Numbered from the stretch's first letter, positions 29,807 to 41,035 are shown. The stretch is 64,000 bases of DNA from an uncultured Gammaproteobacteria bacterium (GCA_963764725.1 CAVXTM010000018.1:608001-672000); one strand, 5' to 3'. A program made the numbers and translations. Notes: generated from the letters alone by a model not told the origin.

Positions 29807-30195
29807 ATCTCTGGGCCTGTGGTCAACTGTCCACAAGCCCGGAAATCCAGACCTGGTACCGAGCCATTCAGCCGCAGTTCTGGACGACGGCACTGCAAAC
29901 GTCGCAAACAACGACGTTTCCCACCCGGTTTAACGAAGGCGCCAACGCCCACCCGCAGTTCGAGATCCTGTATTTGGCGGAAGATCACCAACTTGCACTC
30001 TTTGAGGCGCAAGCGCTTTTGGGCTCACCGTTAACCCCGGGTAGTATCGTGCCCCAACCCCGGAAAGCCTGGGTAATCCTGAACGTCCAGGTTGTGCTGC
30101 AGGCAGTCGCCGATTTAACGCAGGTGACTTCACAAAACATCGTCGGTACGACGGCGCAGGAACGCACTGGTGATTGTCGCGGCTATACGCTCCGC
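29803..30195 (+). pseudogene. RES-domain toxin, 3'-truncated
   Basis: WYRAI, TRFN, LYLAEDHQLALFE, VADLT; broken at the junction with the restriction-enzyme fragment. Confidence 0.75.
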
Positions 30196-31060
30196 AGTCC
30201 TTCGACCTCGATATCTCAAAGCCCCTGGAGCTCAATGCCAGCCAGACCGCGAAGCTGGCCGAGCTTGCCCCGATCCTGGAGGGCAAACCGGATGTCACCA
30301 AGATCGCCGAAATTCATCTGGAGCAATTGGCACGCGACTTTCGGATGCAAAAGATCGTCTTCGAGACGGCCCGCGACGTTTACGACCAGATGCAAAAGGA
30401 CTGGAAGGGCAGCAAGGAGTTCCTGCTCGCCCAGCTCGTCCGCCTGGTCGAGCAGTTCATCGGCTCGGACAAGATCAGCATCACGCCGGCGCTCTTCCAT
30501 GAGGATGAGCTCAAGCGCCGCCTAATCATCACGCTCAACATGACCCGCGTAGTTCAGCATATCTGGGAAGCGATCCGCTTCGAGAATACGGAAAGCCTTG
30601 AGCCGGTCTTCGATCAAGATCACCCGATCCGCTCCACCGGCGACATGGGGACCTGGTACACCGGCAAGCCGTGCGAGCCCACAAAGCGCTCGCACATCAA
30701 TTTCTGCGTTTTTGATAGTACATGGGAGTCCTCGGACGCCTTCGAGCTTGACCGCAACCCAGCTGTGGCCGCCTGGGTGAAGAACGATCACCTCGGCTTC
30801 GAGGTCCTCTACATCTACAAAGGCGTAGTGCGGAAATACCGCCCGGATTTCATCATCCGTCTGGCATCAGGCACGATGCTCGTGCTGGAGACCAAGGGCA
30901 AAGACACCGAGCAGGACCAGACCAAGCGGCGGTTCCTGGATGAATGGGTGAAGGCCGTGAACGCGCACGGGGGTTCGGCCAGGGGTCCTGGGATGTTTCA
31001 AGGAATCCGGGCGACGTGAAGGATATTCTGGCGCGACACAGGAAAGCTCAAGCAGCATGA
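30190..31060 (+). pseudogene. type III restriction enzyme Res subunit, C-terminal part
   Basis: SHINFCVFDSTWE, AWVKNDHLGFEVLY, YRPDFIIRL...LVLETKG; helicase part missing; frameshift near 30975. Confidence 0.85.
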
Positions 31061-31198
31061 CAACGCATCGACGAACAGTAATGCCTGATGACGCTATAGA
31101 ACGATCTTTTAAAGGGTTTACAGCCGTTGCACGGGAAGTCGCTGCACTTGACAAGACAAAATGGTCTGAGGCGGATAAAGCTCGTGCACGCGCGTCCT

Positions 31199-31494
31199 TC
31201 ATGACGTCTCAAACAGGTCCGGGAGGTCCCGTGCGCCGTGGACCACCCGGACGATTTCGACGCCGCCGGTGATCTCACGGTAAAGAATCAGGTAGCTGCC
31301 GACCGGAAAGTACGAAGCTCGGGGCGGATGTCCGGCCGGGCGGGGCCAAGGCGAGGTTGTTCGGCAAGCATCTGGCATCTGGCCTCGATCTCATCGAGAA
31401 GACGATCAGCCGCAGCCGGATTGTCCTCGGCGATATAGAGCCAGAGTTCGATGAGGTCCTGTTCACAGCGTTCTGTCCGGGTGAAGCGGGGCAT
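31199..31494 (-). CDS. ParE/RelE toxin; one apparent frameshift near 31305
   Basis: DLIELWLYIAEDNPAAADR...PRLG..RPDI; the next frame reads VGSYLILYR...VEIVRVVHGARD. Confidence 0.8.
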
Positions 31495-31504
31495 CCTCTA
31501 AGGC

Positions 31505-31786
31505 TCACTTCGCCTCGTCCTGGGCGGCCTGGTGACGGCGGCGCGCTTCGGCCTTGATCGCTTCCATCTCCCCGAGCTTGCCCGGCCCACTGGCCATGCC
31601 TGCATCCCAAAGCTGGCCCAGCTCCTCAATCCGTTGCTGGCGCAGGGAACGCTTGAGCGTCCAGTCCCGCAGGGCCTCCCGGATCACTTCGCTGCTCGAA
31701 GCATATTCGCCGTTACTCACGGCGGCGCGCACCGCCGCCGCCATCTCGGTGGTCAGGGCGATGCTGACTTTTTCGACGTTGGACAT
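31505..31786 (-). CDS. ParD-type (RHH) antitoxin
   Basis: KVSIALT...AVSNGEYASSSEVIREALR...GMASG. Confidence 0.9.
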   Translation of the reverse strand: MSNVEKVSIALTTEMAAAVRAAVSNGEYASSSEVIREALRDWTLKRSLRQQRIEELGQLWDAGMASGPGKLGEMEAIKAEARRRHQAAQDEAK

Positions 31787-32019
31787 AAGAATACCTCCTT
31801 ATTCATTAGTAGCAATTCTTCCTACCAATAGCAAGGATAAAAACTGTCCGGAAAACGACCAGTTACCGGACAATTTCAGAGGATGGTTGCCGGGAGCGAC
31901 GAGGCTATCCTGAAACGCGCGGCGGCCGTCCTTGAGGCCCGCTGCGTACGCGAGGGCGATGTGCTCTCGAATCCCACCGATACGAGACGCGCCGAGGGTC
32001 GAAAAAGGGTTCGTAGTGA

Positions 32020-32946
32020 TTGAACTTGGTGCATTTCATGAGACCATACCAGAACCGCTGCTCATGCTACCACTTGACGTTCTCGCTACCTATGGTCTCT
32101 TCACTGCGTCGATCGCAGCTCTCTGGTTTCGGTTATCGGACGCGGCCTTACGCTGGGCTAGCCGCTGTCTGGTTACTTCCGTTTCTGGCGTCGCTGGCGG
32201 TAGGCTTTGGGGCCGGCTTTGTCACAACCGTTGCATTACCGTTTATCGCCGTCTTTTTTTTTACCGCCTATATTGTAGGTACTGATCGGGCGGTACCCTA
32301 CCAACGCCGTGCCGCCATTGTTGCCATCATCGTCTTGTCGGCCGGCTTTATGACGCATGTCGTGCCGGGATTTGCCAATTACAAGGTCATTTCCGATGTG
32401 ACCTTCAGCCCCGGGGCGTTACCTTACAGCCAATATTTTAACTACGACAAAGCGCTGATTGGGTTAGCCCTCGTTGCGTTTTGTGTTCCGGTGTGTAGGG
32501 AGAGATCACACTGGGGGGCTATGCTCACGGCAACCCTACCTTGGAGCTTGCTTGTCTTTATCGTGGTTCTCTCCTTAGCGATCCTGATCGGGTATGTCCG
32601 GTTCGATCCTAAATTCCCGCCGGAGTTCTTTCTATGGGCGTGGATTAATCTGTTCTTTACCTGCATTCCTGAAGAGGCACTGTTTCGAGGCTTTGTGCAA
32701 CAGGGTCTGCAGGACCGTCTACGCGGCTCCCGCCATGGGGAGCTGATCGCATTGACTGTAGCCTCCATTCTATTCGGCATCGCGCATTTCGCCGGCGGCT
32801 TACGCTATATTTTCCTGGCGACGGTGGCGGGCTTCGGCTATGGCTGGATTTATCAACGGACTCGCGCAATTGAGTCGAGCATACTGGTGCATTTCATGGT
32901 CAATGCGCTGCACTTTGTCTTTTTCACCTATCCGGCCTTAAAGTAA
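32020..32946 (+). CDS. CPBP (CAAX/Abi) intramembrane metalloprotease (start uncertain)
   Basis: PEEALFRG, FGIAH, ILVHFMVN. Confidence 0.88.
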   Translation: MNLVHFMRPYQNRCSCYHLTFSLPMVSSLRRSQLSGFGYRTRPYAGLAAVWLLPFLASLAVGFGAGFVTTVALPFIAVFFFTAYIVGTDRAVPYQRRAAIVAIIVLSAGFMTHVVPGFANYKVISDVTFSPGALPYSQYFNYDKALIGLALVAFCVPVCRERSHWGAMLTATLPWSLLVFIVVLSLAILIGYVRFDPKFPPEFFLWAWINLFFTCIPEEALFRGFVQQGLQDRLRGSRHGELIALTVASILFGIAHFAGGLRYIFLATVAGFGYGWIYQRTRAIESSILVHFMVNALHFVFFTYPALK

Positions 32947-33335
32947 CGGGAAGCGAAATGACGACGGTGAAAATGGATCCGGCATCGATGCGGCTTTCTA
33001 CACTGATCGTGCCGTTCATCAGTTCACAGAAAAACTTGCTGATAGCAAGATATTCGATCTCCTTCAGGGCCTGCTATTCTCTTCGCCAGCGACCTTGATC
33101 ATCTCGTTCGCCTGTTTTAGTCTGTGCGCTCGCGGCTGAGCGAGCGACGCGGCGGCATTGGTTTCCTTGTCGCCGTACGCTAACCACACATATACCTCCA
33201 CGGCCACGGTGGATGCCGAGCTGCCCAACGCTTGGCAGGTTGCTCGCGTGCTCAGGCGAGTGCGCGGCTTGCACGGCGGGCCTCGCGAAGGTGTAGGACC
33301 CATCAGCCGACCGAACCATCGTAGAAGAGGTTTGC

Positions 33336-33842
33336 ATGCAGGTACTCGTCGTTCGTCACGCCATCGCCGAGCAGCAAAAGGAGTTCGCGCGCACCGGGAA
33401 AGACGACTCTCAGCGTCCTCTCACGGATGATGGGCGCAGGAAGATGCGGCGCGGCGCGGCCGGGCTGCGGGCAGTTGCGCCGGCGATCAACGTCCTCGCG
33501 ACGAGCCCGCTCCTCCGCGCCGTTCAGACGGCGGAGATCCTTGCTGTGGTCTACAACGGGCGGAACATAGTCACGGTGAGGGAGCTCTCCCCCGACAGCG
33601 AGTTCCCCCCGTTCCTCCGGTGGTTGCGCACGCAGAATGCCGGCGGCACGATCGGGATCGTGGGGCACGAGCCGCATCTCTCGGGTCTCACGAGCTGGCT
33701 GTTGACTGGGCGCAAACCGTCGTTCATCTCCCTCAAGAAGGGTGCAGCGTGCCTGCTGGAGTTCCGGGAGCAGCCAAAAGCCGGCGCAGCGACCCTCGTG
33801 TGGGCACTCACCCCGTCCCAGCTTAGGCAACTCGGAGCGTAG
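33336..33842 (+). CDS. sixA: SixA-like phosphohistidine phosphatase
   Basis: VRHAIA, RPLTDDG, TSPLLRAVQTA, VGHEPHL. Confidence 0.85.
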   Translation: MQVLVVRHAIAEQQKEFARTGKDDSQRPLTDDGRRKMRRGAAGLRAVAPAINVLATSPLLRAVQTAEILAVVYNGRNIVTVRELSPDSEFPPFLRWLRTQNAGGTIGIVGHEPHLSGLTSWLLTGRKPSFISLKKGAACLLEFREQPKAGAATLVWALTPSQLRQLGA

Positions 33843-33847
33843 GGCGG

Positions 33848-34042
33848 TGGATCTCCCCGGTGTGCTCCTCGAAAACCTAACGTGGATCGAGGCAAGGGAT
33901 CGGCTCTCCGCCGACACTGTGGTGGTCATCGCACTCGGTGCCGCAGCGAAGGAACACGGGCCTCATCTCAAGCTAGCGAACGATTGGATCATGGCCGAGT
34001 ACTTCAAACGCCGGGTCATGGAGCGCGCCGATGTTGTTGTCG
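33848..34042 (+). pseudogene. creatininase family 5' fragment
   Basis: LENLTWIEA...ALGAAAKEHGPHLKLAND. Confidence 0.75.
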
Positions 34043-34134
34043 GAGGAAAGAGAACAACATTGTCCGGGATCTCGACGGTGCCAGGTGGGACCAAGATCGT
34101 TTTTGTTCGTTTTTTGTGAGCTACAATCAGGATC

Positions 34135-35331
34135 ATGCCAGTCAAGCAAGTCCTCACCGAAAGCCGCGTCCCGGTCAAGCTCTATACCGACGAGATCGAG
34201 GGCTCGGCGCGCCAGCAGCTCTTGAACATCGCGACCTTGCCCTTCGTGCATCACCATGTCGCGGCGATGGCCGATGTGCATACCGGGATCGGGGCCACGG
34301 TCGGGTCCGTGATCGCCACCCATCGGGCTATCATCCCGGCCGCGGTAGGGGTGGACATCGGCTGCGGCATGATGGCCGCGCGCCTGTCGCTCATGGCCGA
34401 TGCGCTCGATGAGAAACGCTTGCAACTCGTATTCAATCAGATCGGTCGCGACGTGCCGGTCGGCCGCGGCCAGCACCGCGAGGAGCGGGCGTCCGGCGAG
34501 GCGGCGCGGGCGTTAGAACCTCTGCTCCGTGGCATCCTCGAAAAGCACCCGGGGGTCCGGAAAGCCTGCGGCAAGTCCACGAACTGGGTCCTGCAGATGG
34601 GAACGCTCGGGGGCGGCAATCACTTCATCGAGATCTGTCTCGACGAGGACGGGCGGGTGTGGGTGATGCTGCACTCGGGCAGCCGCGGGATCGGCAACGC
34701 CATCGGCACCTATTTCATCGATCTCGCCCGGCGCGACATGGAGCGCTGGTTCATCCAACTCCCGGACCGTGACCTCGCCTATCTGTCCGAGGGCAGCGAG
34801 CACTTCGAGGACTACATCGAGGCCGTGGGCTTTGCGCAGGCCTATGCGGCACGGAACCGCCAGGCGATGATGACGCTCATCCTGGCGGCGTTAGAGAGAC
34901 ACCTGCCGCCTTTCGAGGTCACCTCGGAGGCGGTGAACTGCCACCACAACTATGTCGAGCGCGAGCATCATTTCGGCGCCGACGTATGGGTGACCCGCAA
35001 GGGCGCCATCCGGGCCAGGTGCGGCGATCTCGGGATCATCCCCGGCAGTATGGGCGCCAAGTCCTACATCGTACGCGGCAAGGGCGCCGCGGACAGCTTC
35101 CAGTCCTGCGCCCACGGCGCCGGCCGGCGCATGAGCCGGAGGGCGGCCATGAAGTCCTTCACCCGCGAGGACCTCGCGCGCCAGACCGAGGGTGTCGTGT
35201 GCCGCAAGGACGAGGGCGTCATCGACGAGATCCCCGGGGCCTACAAGAACATCGACACGGTGATGGAGAACCAGCGCGATCTCGTCGAGGTGGTGCACAC
35301 GTTGAAGCAGGTGGTGTGCGTGAAGGGCTGA
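34135..35331 (+). CDS. rtcB: RtcB family RNA ligase
   Basis: MADVHTGIG, VGVDIGCGM, GTLGGGNHFIE, HSGSRG, HHN, GSMG, HGAGR, DEIPGAYK. Confidence 0.95.
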   Translation: MPVKQVLTESRVPVKLYTDEIEGSARQQLLNIATLPFVHHHVAAMADVHTGIGATVGSVIATHRAIIPAAVGVDIGCGMMAARLSLMADALDEKRLQLVFNQIGRDVPVGRGQHREERASGEAARALEPLLRGILEKHPGVRKACGKSTNWVLQMGTLGGGNHFIEICLDEDGRVWVMLHSGSRGIGNAIGTYFIDLARRDMERWFIQLPDRDLAYLSEGSEHFEDYIEAVGFAQAYAARNRQAMMTLILAALERHLPPFEVTSEAVNCHHNYVEREHHFGADVWVTRKGAIRARCGDLGIIPGSMGAKSYIVRGKGAADSFQSCAHGAGRRMSRRAAMKSFTREDLARQTEGVVCRKDEGVIDEIPGAYKNIDTVMENQRDLVEVVHTLKQVVCVKG

Positions 35332-35438
35332 CCGCCACGCTGCCCCACGCCGGAGGCTCTGCTTGCTTCCAGCAACGCGTAGCTACTGAGAGGTTTTGCA
35401 AGTGCGGGGTTCATACCCCGCCCGCGAAGTATATTGAT

Positions 35439-35981
35439 TTACGCCACCCACTTGATGGAACAGCCGATACTCGGAAAAATCTCACCGGGGAGCTGCCCCC
35501 GGCCGAGCGCGGCGAGGACTGCGTTCTCCAGGCTTTTCTCTTTTACTGCTTCCGGATTCTGCCAGTTGTCGTTGATCCGGCCGTGATAATACAGTGCTCC
35601 ATCCTTGAAAAGATATGGGTCCGGCGTACACTCGGCTCCGTAGGCGCTCGCCGCTTTCTGGTCTCCGTCGAAGAGATACGGAAAATTTAATCCGATGGAC
35701 TCTGCATAGGGTTTCATCGCCTCGAACCTGTCGTCGGGATACGCCGGGTTGTTGTTGGGATTCACCGCAACGGCCTGGAATCCGTCTTTTGCGTAACGCT
35801 TTTGGAGATCGATCAAGGTGGGCCACGAGGCCTTGGCATACGGACAATGATTGCACGTGAAAACAACAAGAAGGAGGTTGTCTCTGTAGTCCAGGATATT
35901 CACGGACCTGCCGTCAACATCCGGCAGCGTGAAGGGAATGAGCGCAGTGCCTGCCGGCATGGCCTTTGACTTAACCGCCAT
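35439..35981 (-). CDS. AhpC/TSA-like thioredoxin family protein
   Basis: CNHCPY, YGAECTPD, GRIND, SIGCSIKW. Confidence 0.9.
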   Translation of the reverse strand: MAVKSKAMPAGTALIPFTLPDVDGRSVNILDYRDNLLLVVFTCNHCPYAKASWPTLIDLQKRYAKDGFQAVAVNPNNNPAYPDDRFEAMKPYAESIGLNFPYLFDGDQKAASAYGAECTPDPYLFKDGALYYHGRINDNWQNPEAVKEKSLENAVLAALGRGQLPGEIFPSIGCSIKWVA

Positions 35982-36324
35982 ATCAATACCCCGCTTTCTG
36001 AAAATGCCTGTTCGAGCGCAATGGAACTTCCGCGGAACCGCCGCCGCTCCGCGGCATCGGTGAAGAGTCCGTCCGAACCGAGTCGGCGCAGAGCCTCTGT
36101 CACTTCGTATTCAATGTGTAATGGTATGCGATCAAGCCTGCTTTATGCACCGGGGCTCTGTCAAATTGGCAAACATTCATGCACCATGATCGCATGCACG
36201 AGCTTATTAGTGATCGCGGTTACCGCTACCCGCCGGAAGTCATTAGCTCCCGGAAATATACGTTTCCGTATCCATCAATTTGACAGAACCCATCCGGCAG
36301 ATTACTCACACAACGGAGGACCTT

Positions 36325-37800
36325 ATGGCTCGACAACACGATCCCGAAGGGCGCCGCCTGCCCATCAAGCTCGATACCACCACCAACGGCGAATTTGCAC
36401 CCATACCGCTGGCGCGGGTGCATCACCAAGCGCGCCGACTCGCGTCCGATCTCTCGACCGAGAACGCCAAACGCCGAGGTGTTTCGCGTCGATCTTTTCT
36501 CGTCTCGGCCTGCGGCGCGGCTTCGACCTTGCTGGCGATGAACGCGGCCTATGCGGCCGCCGGGCGCAGCGGCGGATTCTATGAGCTTGCCGACGCGGCC
36601 GCGGTGGATCCTGAGATCGCGACTGCGGCCTTGGAGGGCAATGAGTTTATTTTCGACGTGCAAGGACACTTCGTGAACCCGGACGGCGCCTGGCTCAAGC
36701 AACTGCCCCCGGATGCAAAGCCGCTTTCCAGCTTCGAGAAGTCGGCCTGCGCGCTCGCGGCCGAGCCGGGCAAACGCAGCTACCTGCAGTGCTTAAACTC
36801 GGACGAATTCATCAAGGACGTCTTCATGGATTCGGACACGGACATGATGGTGCTTTCTTTCGTGCCCTCGCGCCGCGCCGCCGAACCGCTCACCATCGAA
36901 GAGGCCGCCGCCACCGCCGGAATCGTCGAACGCATGGAGGGAACGCACCGGTTGCTCATACACGGGCGCGTGAACCCCAATCAGGACGGCGACATGCAGG
37001 GCATGGACGAGCTGGCCGAGCGCTGGAAAGTTTCTGCCTGGAAGACCTACACCCAGTGGGGGCCGGACGGCAAAGGCTATTTTCTAAGCGACGACATCGG
37101 CCTCGCCTTCATCGACAAGGCGCGCAAGCTCGGCATCAAGAATATCTGCGTGCACAAGGGCATTCCATTCGGCAGACAATCTTATGAGCACTCGCTGTGC
37201 AATGACATAGGCCAAGTCGCGAAGCGCTATCCCGATGTCAATTTTCTGATCTACCACTCGGGGTTTGTGCCCGGCCAACCCGAAGGTCCATACGATCCGG
37301 CGCGCAACGAAGGCATCGATTCGTTGATCAAGACCGTCGTCGAGAACGCCGTGCCGCGGAACAGCAACGTGTATGCGGAGCTCGGCAGCACCTGGCGCCT
37401 GCTCATGCGCGATCCGCAAAGCGCTACGCATGCGCTGGGCAAGCTGTTCAGATACATCGGCGAGGACAACGTGCTGTGGGGTACGGATTCTATTTGGTAC
37501 GGCTCGCCGCAGGATCAGATCCAAGCGTTCCGGACTTTTCAGATTTCGGAGCAGCTTCGTGAAAAACACGGCTACCCCGAAATTACGCCCAACCTCCGGG
37601 CCAAGGTTTTCGGATTGAACGCGATGAAGCCTTACCGCATCAGCGCGGACGAGATGAAACGGCACACGACGCATGACCGCATCGCCAATGACCGAATCGC
37701 CTACCGGGAAGCGCCGAACCCGCACTTTCGCACGCATGGGCCGAGAACGCGCCGCGAATTTTTGAATCTTTTGGCGTGGAACGGCGGGCAGCGACTTTGA
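36325..37800 (+). CDS. amidohydrolase family protein with Tat-like motif
   Basis: SRRSFL, FDVQGH, VHKG, IYHSG, VYAELGSTW, WGTDSIW. Confidence 0.88.
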   Translation: MARQHDPEGRRLPIKLDTTTNGEFAPIPLARVHHQARRLASDLSTENAKRRGVSRRSFLVSACGAASTLLAMNAAYAAAGRSGGFYELADAAAVDPEIATAALEGNEFIFDVQGHFVNPDGAWLKQLPPDAKPLSSFEKSACALAAEPGKRSYLQCLNSDEFIKDVFMDSDTDMMVLSFVPSRRAAEPLTIEEAAATAGIVERMEGTHRLLIHGRVNPNQDGDMQGMDELAERWKVSAWKTYTQWGPDGKGYFLSDDIGLAFIDKARKLGIKNICVHKGIPFGRQSYEHSLCNDIGQVAKRYPDVNFLIYHSGFVPGQPEGPYDPARNEGIDSLIKTVVENAVPRNSNVYAELGSTWRLLMRDPQSATHALGKLFRYIGEDNVLWGTDSIWYGSPQDQIQAFRTFQISEQLREKHGYPEITPNLRAKVFGLNAMKPYRISADEMKRHTTHDRIANDRIAYREAPNPHFRTHGPRTRREFLNLLAWNGGQRL

Positions 37801-37979
37801 TTCCGAAGCATCGGCGAAAAGCAATGGCGCGAAATGGCACCTCCCCGCGCCTTACCATGTCAGTAGCGACATTCCCAGTGCTGATGTGTTTATCTATCCG
37901 CAGAAGCGTACCCAAAGGATTTTCCCCGCGTTAGATGAACACTCGTTCGGTTTCTCATCCGGAGAGAGCGGGATAGGGG

Positions 37980-39497
37980 ATGAACCAGATCGCCGGAGCA
38001 GAGGCTCCGGAGCCAGTCTCGCTTGTTCGCCAGCTTGCCGACCAAGCGTTCTCAAGGGCTGCCGGTGCGCTGCTCATTCCAGGCAACAGCGTACACCTCT
38101 TGAAAGATGCACAGGAGAACTATCCGGCGTGGTTGCAGGCGATTGCTTCCGCCCGGCGAACTATCCACTTCGAGAACTACATCATCCGAGAGGATGACAC
38201 GGGACGCATGTTCGCCGACGCACTGATTGTTAAAGCGCGGGAAGGCGTGCGCGTGCAGCTGATTTACGACTGGATGGGAAATTTCGGCAAGACCTCTCGT
38301 AAGTTCTGGAATCACCTGCGCGAGGGAGGGATCGAAGTCCGTTGCTACAACCCGCCGCGCCTCGATAGTCCACTTGGCTGGCTCTCGCGAGATCACCGCA
38401 AGATGCTGGCGGTAGACACGCAGGTGGCTTTTGTCACGGGCCTGTGCGTCGGCCGAGAGTGGGTGGGCGAGCCTGAAAAGAATCTCGACCCTTGGCGCGA
38501 CACCGGTGTTGAGGTACGCGGTCCGGCGGTCGCCGAAATTGAGCGGGCATTCAAGCAAATTTGGGCGATGACGGGCGAGCCGATACTCGAAACGCATTCA
38601 CTCGGCAAAGAATTAGCCACTCCCGCCGGCGATATCGCCTTACGTGTTGTTGCGAGCGTGCCGAACGCCGCCGGGATGCTTCGCTTGGATCAATTGGTCG
38701 CCACGCTCGCGCACGAGAGGCTATGGTTGACGGATGCTTACTACGCCGGAACCCCATCGTACGTGCAGGCGTTGCGCGCCGCACGCCATCACGGGGTGGA
38801 CGTGAGGTTCTTGGTCCCCGGCGTGACCGACATACCGGTGCTGAGACTGCTATCGAGAGCCGGCTATCGCCCGCTGTTAGAAGCGGGCGTGAGAATATTC
38901 GAGTGGAACGGCTCGATGCTGCACGCAAAGACGGCGGTCGCTGACGGGCGGTGGGCGCGCGTCGGTTCAACTAACCTCAACCTTGCCAGCTGGCTTGGCA
39001 ACTGGGAGTTGGACGTCGTCGTGGAGGACGAAGAGTTCGGACAGCGGATGGAAGAGATGTATCTCGAAGATCTGACGAACGCGACGGAGGTCGTCTTGGA
39101 CGCTAAGCATAGAGTGCGTGCTCCGGGCGCGCCTACACGCGCGCGAGGTGCGATATCGAGCGGGGCAGGAAGTGCGGGACGCGCGGCCGCCGGCGTGTTT
39201 CGCATCGGGAATAGTGTCGGCGCGGCAATGAGCGATCGCCGGGTTCTCGAACCGGTCGAAATGCGCATTATGACTGCCGCTGGCTTGCTGCTTCTAGGCT
39301 TGGCCGTCCTATTTGCACTTTTTCCGCGCCTGCTTGCCTATCCGCTCATCGCCATTATCGTATGGCTCGCAGTAGCGCTGCTCTATAGAGGCTACAAGCT
39401 CAAACGGGAAAGGGGACGAGGCATACCTCATCCAGCGCAAATCACCTTACAACAAGCTGTAGAAGACGCACATGAGGTTGAACGAAAGAAAGAGTAA
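37980..39497 (+). CDS. cardiolipin synthase / phospholipase D (ClsB-like)
   Basis: Two HKD motifs ([10 protein letters not shown]; [10 protein letters not shown]), WRDT, GSTNLN. Confidence 0.92.
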   Translation: MNQIAGAEAPEPVSLVRQLADQAFSRAAGALLIPGNSVHLLKDAQENYPAWLQAIASARRTIHFENYIIREDDTGRMFADALIVKAREGVRVQLIYDWMGNFGKTSRKFWNHLREGGIEVRCYNPPRLDSPLGWLSRDHRKMLAVDTQVAFVTGLCVGREWVGEPEKNLDPWRDTGVEVRGPAVAEIERAFKQIWAMTGEPILETHSLGKELATPAGDIALRVVASVPNAAGMLRLDQLVATLAHERLWLTDAYYAGTPSYVQALRAARHHGVDVRFLVPGVTDIPVLRLLSRAGYRPLLEAGVRIFEWNGSMLHAKTAVADGRWARVGSTNLNLASWLGNWELDVVVEDEEFGQRMEEMYLEDLTNATEVVLDAKHRVRAPGAPTRARGAISSGAGSAGRAAAGVFRIGNSVGAAMSDRRVLEPVEMRIMTAAGLLLLGLAVLFALFPRLLAYPLIAIIVWLAVALLYRGYKLKRERGRGIPHPAQITLQQAVEDAHEVERKKE

Positions 39498-39519
39498 GCA
39501 AAACAGCTGGTGTCTCAGT

Positions 39520-39556
39520 TGAATTTCGGCTATCGGTCCTATTCTGTTGAAAAACA
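39520..39556 (+). mobile_element. site-like repeat interrupted by an IS1182-like terminus
   Basis: TGAATTTCGGCTATCGGTC (same spacing as 11412-11430) directly followed by CTATTCTGTTGAAAAAC. Confidence 0.4.
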
Positions 39557-39821
39557 ATTGGTCTGTTATATGCTCAGCGAGCTTGCGCCAGTTCGGTGGT
39601 CTACACTATCACTATCTCAGACAAGCGGCTTGAGATAGGAGCAGCTAGATCGCCCTCCAAACTCGCACGTATGAATTTTCAGGAACGACAAGTTGGAAGA
39701 AGAACGCGACGCCATCGCCGAAATACTTGGATAAACAGACTTCTTGATCTTTAAGCGGATCGTCTTCGGCGTGAGCTTTCGCACTTTACATCACACGGTT
39801 TGGTTAGGAGAAGCGCATCAT

Positions 39822-40169
39822 ATGAATGATTCTTCATCGTTAGAAAAAACATCGACCGATTTACCAGAAGACGCCCTGGGTATCGCAGAAATCGCCGATG
39901 GCATTGTGCAACTTGGCAACGGTCTCGCGTCGATCGCCCATGGAATATCGAAAACCGGACAAATCATAAGGCCTATGCAAGGGTTGTTAGGCGAGTTCTT
40001 CGGCGCGGTCCAAGAAGTTCAAAAGGATCGAATGAAGCTCGGCGGGTTTCTGGGGTTGATCCGCCTTTTACGCGACAAAGACTTTCAACGCACGATCCAG
40101 CTTCTCAAGGTCGTTCCTCTGCTTCTAGATCGCATTACTTCAGCGCAGGCGGCCGGCAAGCCGTCGTAG
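39822..40169 (+). CDS. hypothetical helical protein (DUF1641-like C-terminus)
   Basis: RBS AGGAG; GFLGLIRLLRDKDFQR. Confidence 0.55.
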   Translation: MNDSSSLEKTSTDLPEDALGIAEIADGIVQLGNGLASIAHGISKTGQIIRPMQGLLGEFFGAVQEVQKDRMKLGGFLGLIRLLRDKDFQRTIQLLKVVPLLLDRITSAQAAGKPS

Positions 40170-40245
40170 AGAAACGTACGGACGCGCTTCCTGCAAACTT
40201 TGAATATCATAGCGGCCCATTAGCGCCGCGTTGAGGAGGAGTATC

Positions 40246-40680
40246 ATGCACGTATCGCTTGAACTGGCCGAGCGCGCTGTGGCTGCGGCACAAAAGAAAG
40301 CAGTCGAGCTAAACACTCAAATGTGTATCGCCGTGGTGGATTCGGGATCGAATCTTAAGGCATTTGCCCGGATGGATGATGCCTGGGTTGGGAGCATCGA
40401 CATCGCTATCAAGAAAGCGAAGACCGCGTGCTTTTTCGGCATGCCGACGGGCCAGATCGGAAAGCTCTCGCAACCGGCAGCTCCTTTGTACGGAATCGAG
40501 CATTCTAATGACGGATTGATCACTTTTCCAGGTGGACTACCGATTGTGGACCAAGACGGAGTATTAATCGGAGGAATCGGCGTCAGTGGTAGCTCGGTCG
40601 AGAATGACCACCTCGTAGCGCTTGCGGGTGTGCAGCTCATCGGTGTATCCGACCTGCCTGCGCACCCCTGGCGTACATAA
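40246..40680 (+). CDS. GlcG/HbpS heme-binding protein
   Basis: [31 protein letters not shown]. Confidence 0.92.
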   Translation: MHVSLELAERAVAAAQKKAVELNTQMCIAVVDSGSNLKAFARMDDAWVGSIDIAIKKAKTACFFGMPTGQIGKLSQPAAPLYGIEHSNDGLITFPGGLPIVDQDGVLIGGIGVSGSSVENDHLVALAGVQLIGVSDLPAHPWRT

Positions 40681-40768
40681 CGGGGCGAGTGTCCACCGCG
40701 GACATGGATGATATGCAGTTGTCCGCGTTTTGCGATATAAGACATAACGTTTGCAAGGATTAAATGAC

Positions 40769-41035
40769 ATGAAGATCCGTATCGATATTGAGGCTACCCC
40801 AGCCGAGGTACGCGAGTTTTTTGGCCTACCTAACCTGAAGCAATTGCAGGAGGGGCTCGTTGACTCGATATCTGAGCACATGAAAAAGGGAACTGCAGGT
40901 TTCGACCCGTTTACCGTCATGAAGTCTGTATGGCCGACACAACTGCAAACAATCGAAGCGCTACAGAACGCGTTTGTGGATAGCATCAAGGCCAGTGCAC
41001 CGACTACCGAGAAAAAGGGCGGTGGCGGACGTTAG
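40769..41035 (+). CDS. DUF6489-like small protein
   Basis: MKIRIDIEATPAEVREFFGLPNL. Confidence 0.7.
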   Translation: MKIRIDIEATPAEVREFFGLPNLKQLQEGLVDSISEHMKKGTAGFDPFTVMKSVWPTQLQTIEALQNAFVDSIKASAPTTEKKGGGGR

